Below, piece after piece: positions 60,801 to 64,000 of a DNA stretch of 64,000 bases. The DNA is taken from NCBI GenBank assembly GCA_040954595.2, contig CM082578.2, positions 9,161,519-9,225,518 on the forward strand, given 5' to 3'. A program made the position numbers and the translations under genes. Below the pieces are notes generated by a model, which saw nothing but the letters and a program-made list of their open reading frames with translations, was not told where the DNA came from and ran no database searches. Each line of letters opens with the position of its first letter. Position 1 is the first letter of the stretch. This stretch comes from Balanoglossus misakiensis (lineage: Eukaryota > Animalia > Hemichordata).

Positions 60801-63800
60801 TATCAATTTTCCGTTAAAATATGAAGGTCATTGGACTTTTCGGAGGTATGTCTTCGGAGGTTGTGTTGTGTTGTGAGGTGTACACATCATCAGGCAGTTT
60901 TATCAATTTAAACGTTACATTTATTACATCCGTAAACATATATAAATATATCTTTAAAATTTCCATTAATACAATCCACACAAATCCACACAAATCTTAT
61001 CCTGAAGCAAGGAACGCCCAATATGGTTAACATGGAATGGGATAATTGTAGTGTTTACAACCCAAAATTGACATATTTGAGAGGATGCTAGTTTGTATAT
61101 TTAGTAGGTGTATCTTAACATTAAATTGAAAACAAGGGTCTTATTTTCATTGGAGAATCACTGTCGACGCAACAAAAAAGTACTGTTTGCTTCGAAGCAC
61201 ACGTCGCGTGTAGTAACCAGCTGTGATACTTTCATTTCCTTGACATTGCCGTTTCAATACCTGAAGACAGCAAGGGTCCTTTTGGTATTGACTTTGGAAC
61301 TGAGGCAGTCTGCACTATCGCCCAGACGTGTCGGCCGGGCGGATGCTGTCAACGTGACGGTTCATTTCATGTCACCCGAATTTCGTTAAAGCGTTTGGAA
61401 ACTGTCATTTTTGTTCATCGAAACACAGCGGGATTTTTGGGCAAAGAAGGTCACGTGTCTCTTGTGGCGCTACGTGTTGAATTTACAGAGAAGTCGCGTT
61501 CGTCACAGTGTTTTTGTGAGTAGTTTCTCAGAACGCGACCTGGTGTGTCTGTCTATACGCGCTGTTTTCCACAGGCAATATTGCGTCCGGTGTTTAACCC
61601 AGTACGGTCTCAGCACCACGCCGTGCGTGTTAAGATCTCTTGTTACATGCACGATCCTCCAATTACTCAGTTAGAGCAAATGCTCGGGGTCACGTGTTCA
61701 TTATATTAAAGTAGTACACTAAATTAAACATAAAACGATGCGAAAGATACAGCTTCAAATGTCTTCCTTTGTCGCTAAGTTTTGCGTTCGTCGTGCTGCA
61801 TTTATACATAAGCAGAAAATGACATTGCGTAAGCCTAATCAGCCTACACTTTAATGAAATACCCTAAACCACAATCACTGCGCCTAAACATAGCAAATTC
61901 GACTAGCTTTTTGCTCCGACGAAAGGTAACACGGGCAGGGTGTACAAAAGAAAGTAAAATACACTTGTGAAGGCACTTAGTCGAGTTTTGCTTTCAACCA
62001 AAGGTTATCTAGTAGTCAGTACGCAGAGGGCGAAGATCGGTCATCACGAATCATTAAAATTACTCACAAACGGCAACGAAATAACGCAGAAAAAGTAAAA
62101 CCTACATAATTTGCAAGCGCAATTTTTCGTATTTTTCATAAAGATATCCCGTGAAATAGTATGAAGCCCATTGGCGTTGGTTGCACGTCGTGACGACTGA
62201 TATGACGCAATTACCAGGTAAAGCACACGAATCTAACATTTTTTTGTAAAAGAAATTGCTAAGTAGCACAGTAATCACACGAAATCACGACGTACATGTA
62301 GACTGCCATTAGAGGTTCGCCTTAAACTGCAATACAGGGCTTCGACATTATGGGAGCTTAAACACATGTAGTCATTAAAACATTCAACTTTTGCCATTAT
62401 GTTCGCTAACGCGGCATTCGGGTTGGTGAATATTGGACTTTACAGTAAAGGCAGACGAAATCACCTAGCTCCAAACAGGTAAGAATTGTGAGACAGAAAC
62501 TCGGTGAGATTACAAGTAGTGAGCAAAATATTAAATGCGACAAAGGGGGGAATAGGGCCTATAGGGTTTGCAAATCGTCGACACGGGGGCTCACACGCGG
62601 TAAGACACTGAAGCTTAGGCCGTTCAAAGAGACGGATTGTTCACGAAGGGAATTGCATCCTTTTGCCGCCGGCCACGCATATGTGGTCGGGCGCTTGTGC
62701 TATCAATCCTAAAGAAAACCCTTCAATCCCTCGGTATAGACGACTAATGACAGCTCTCCAGGCTATATCGAGGGAGTCGCATCGCCTATATTGTTGACAG
62801 GGTGACTTTGTAAAAATCTGTGGGGAAAAGTTGATATATTCACTTCGATTCGTTTTAAACGTACGTGACAAGCGCAGAAAAGGCTGCCCTAGTCGAACGA
62901 CAGCGCGTAGATCTAAAGTCAATAAATCAAAGTAAAAACTTGTTCCACACATTTGCAATTTACTACTACATAAAAACCTCAATTCTCTGTTCAAATTGTG
63001 TTAGAAAATATTGACCTCAAATACTACCTCTTAAAACAATAGTATAACCACGAGCATCCGTGTTAGATGGTTGTGCGTTGTTTCTCAATGCGAAAAGTCC
63101 AAACTCAAGACGTTGCCCGCACCCGCGACCAAACTTTCAATTCTTAAAAAAGACGAAAAATATCCCTAGTACGTTATTACTCACTGCTTGCGTAAGAATG
63201 GTTAAAGTTCACATTTGTACAGTAAAAGTCATTCAACAACTCGAAGTTTTAACTATGTTATTGCTTTTATATAACTGATTTCTCCGTTGATGTTTTAGGC
63301 CTCAGCTGTGATTTCACGGGAAACGTTTCACTGGCTCTTGCAGCGTGACCGCCCGCTGTCTTTTAGAAATGTCCTCTTCAAGACTTCAGTTGGAGCGTAC
63401 ACCACTTTGCTGCCATTAGTAAGTAATTGCTACCACTCCATAGACACGTCAATGGGACAGAGAGTAAATTGAACACGTCTTTTTATGATCACGTAGACCA
63501 GATTTTTATTTTTCAGAGGGAATATCTAACCACAGGGTAGACCAATGGAGCACCGATGCTCTTTTGAAAATTGTTTCGAAAGCGTTTCGTTAGCGATTAC
63601 CCCAGATCCATTGCAAATTGAGCAGGTCGGAAATGTGGTTGTCGTGGAAACCCTGGCGTGCTTTTGACGCGCCCCCAGGCAAACCCGAGTGAATAGCTAT
63701 TGGACGCGTTGCGGTTTAAAGGCAAACGATACGCCGTATTTAAGTAACTTCGATTTCTTTGAAGTTTTTTTTCAAGATCCCACATTGGTGACGCGGCAGT

Positions 63801-64000
63801 GCTTGTTGCTGTTTTTTTTTGTGTGTGTGTGTGTGCTTTATTTCGGCGGTTAAGCTGTACCGGTGACTCCCATAGTGAAAAAAATGTCACGTGCTTCTTA
63901 CTTGCCAAATGAATACTTTAAGGTTTCGTTCGGCATTCATGGTACTAATTTTAAGCTTTGAAATAAATTGAAATAGAAAAATAAATGACTATAACTAAGA

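Noticed and set aside
62670-62735. tRNA- or SINE-like A/B-box resemblance
   Set aside because: The boxes are too degenerate and no cloverleaf can be built.
1-64000. CRISPR arrays, rRNA/tRNA genes, transposase or reverse-transcriptase ORFs, U12 or GC-AG introns
   Set aside because: None seen; all 30 coding introns are ordinary GT-AG and there is no long non-plexin ORF.

Overview
This is eukaryotic (animal) genomic DNA, probably from a marine invertebrate; the taxon cannot be fixed from the sequence alone. The window is dominated by one + strand gene, a full-length class-A-like plexin (semaphorin receptor). I reconstructed 31 coding exons by hand from ATG 14719 to TGA 53364-53366. All introns are GT-AG with matching phases, giving 5733 nt, i.e. 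1910 aa plus stop. The domain order is signal peptide, Sema, 3 PSI and 6 IPT domains, a single TM helix, then a split RasGAP domain with an inserted Rho-binding domain; both catalytic arginine motifs are intact. Positions 1-14.6 kb look like 5'UTR introns with candidate non-coding exons and an alternative promoter. Coding intron 2 is 19.2 kb long. A probable ~4.5 kb 3'UTR follows the stop, then CpG-richer intergenic DNA from ~58 kb. Small non-autonomous transposon remnants, microsatellites and a strongly over-represented TACATGTA motif lie in the introns. I found no prokaryotic-type system and no second convincing protein-coding gene. The best leads are: several routes to a secreted Sema-only or NMD isoform, four extra cysteines in the Sema domain, a splice-selectable uORF, a duplicated splice acceptor, a ratchet-like AG|GT site, a tiny TTAA-flanked MITE family and a near-perfect 51-nt hairpin. 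All are hypotheses that need RNA or comparative data.
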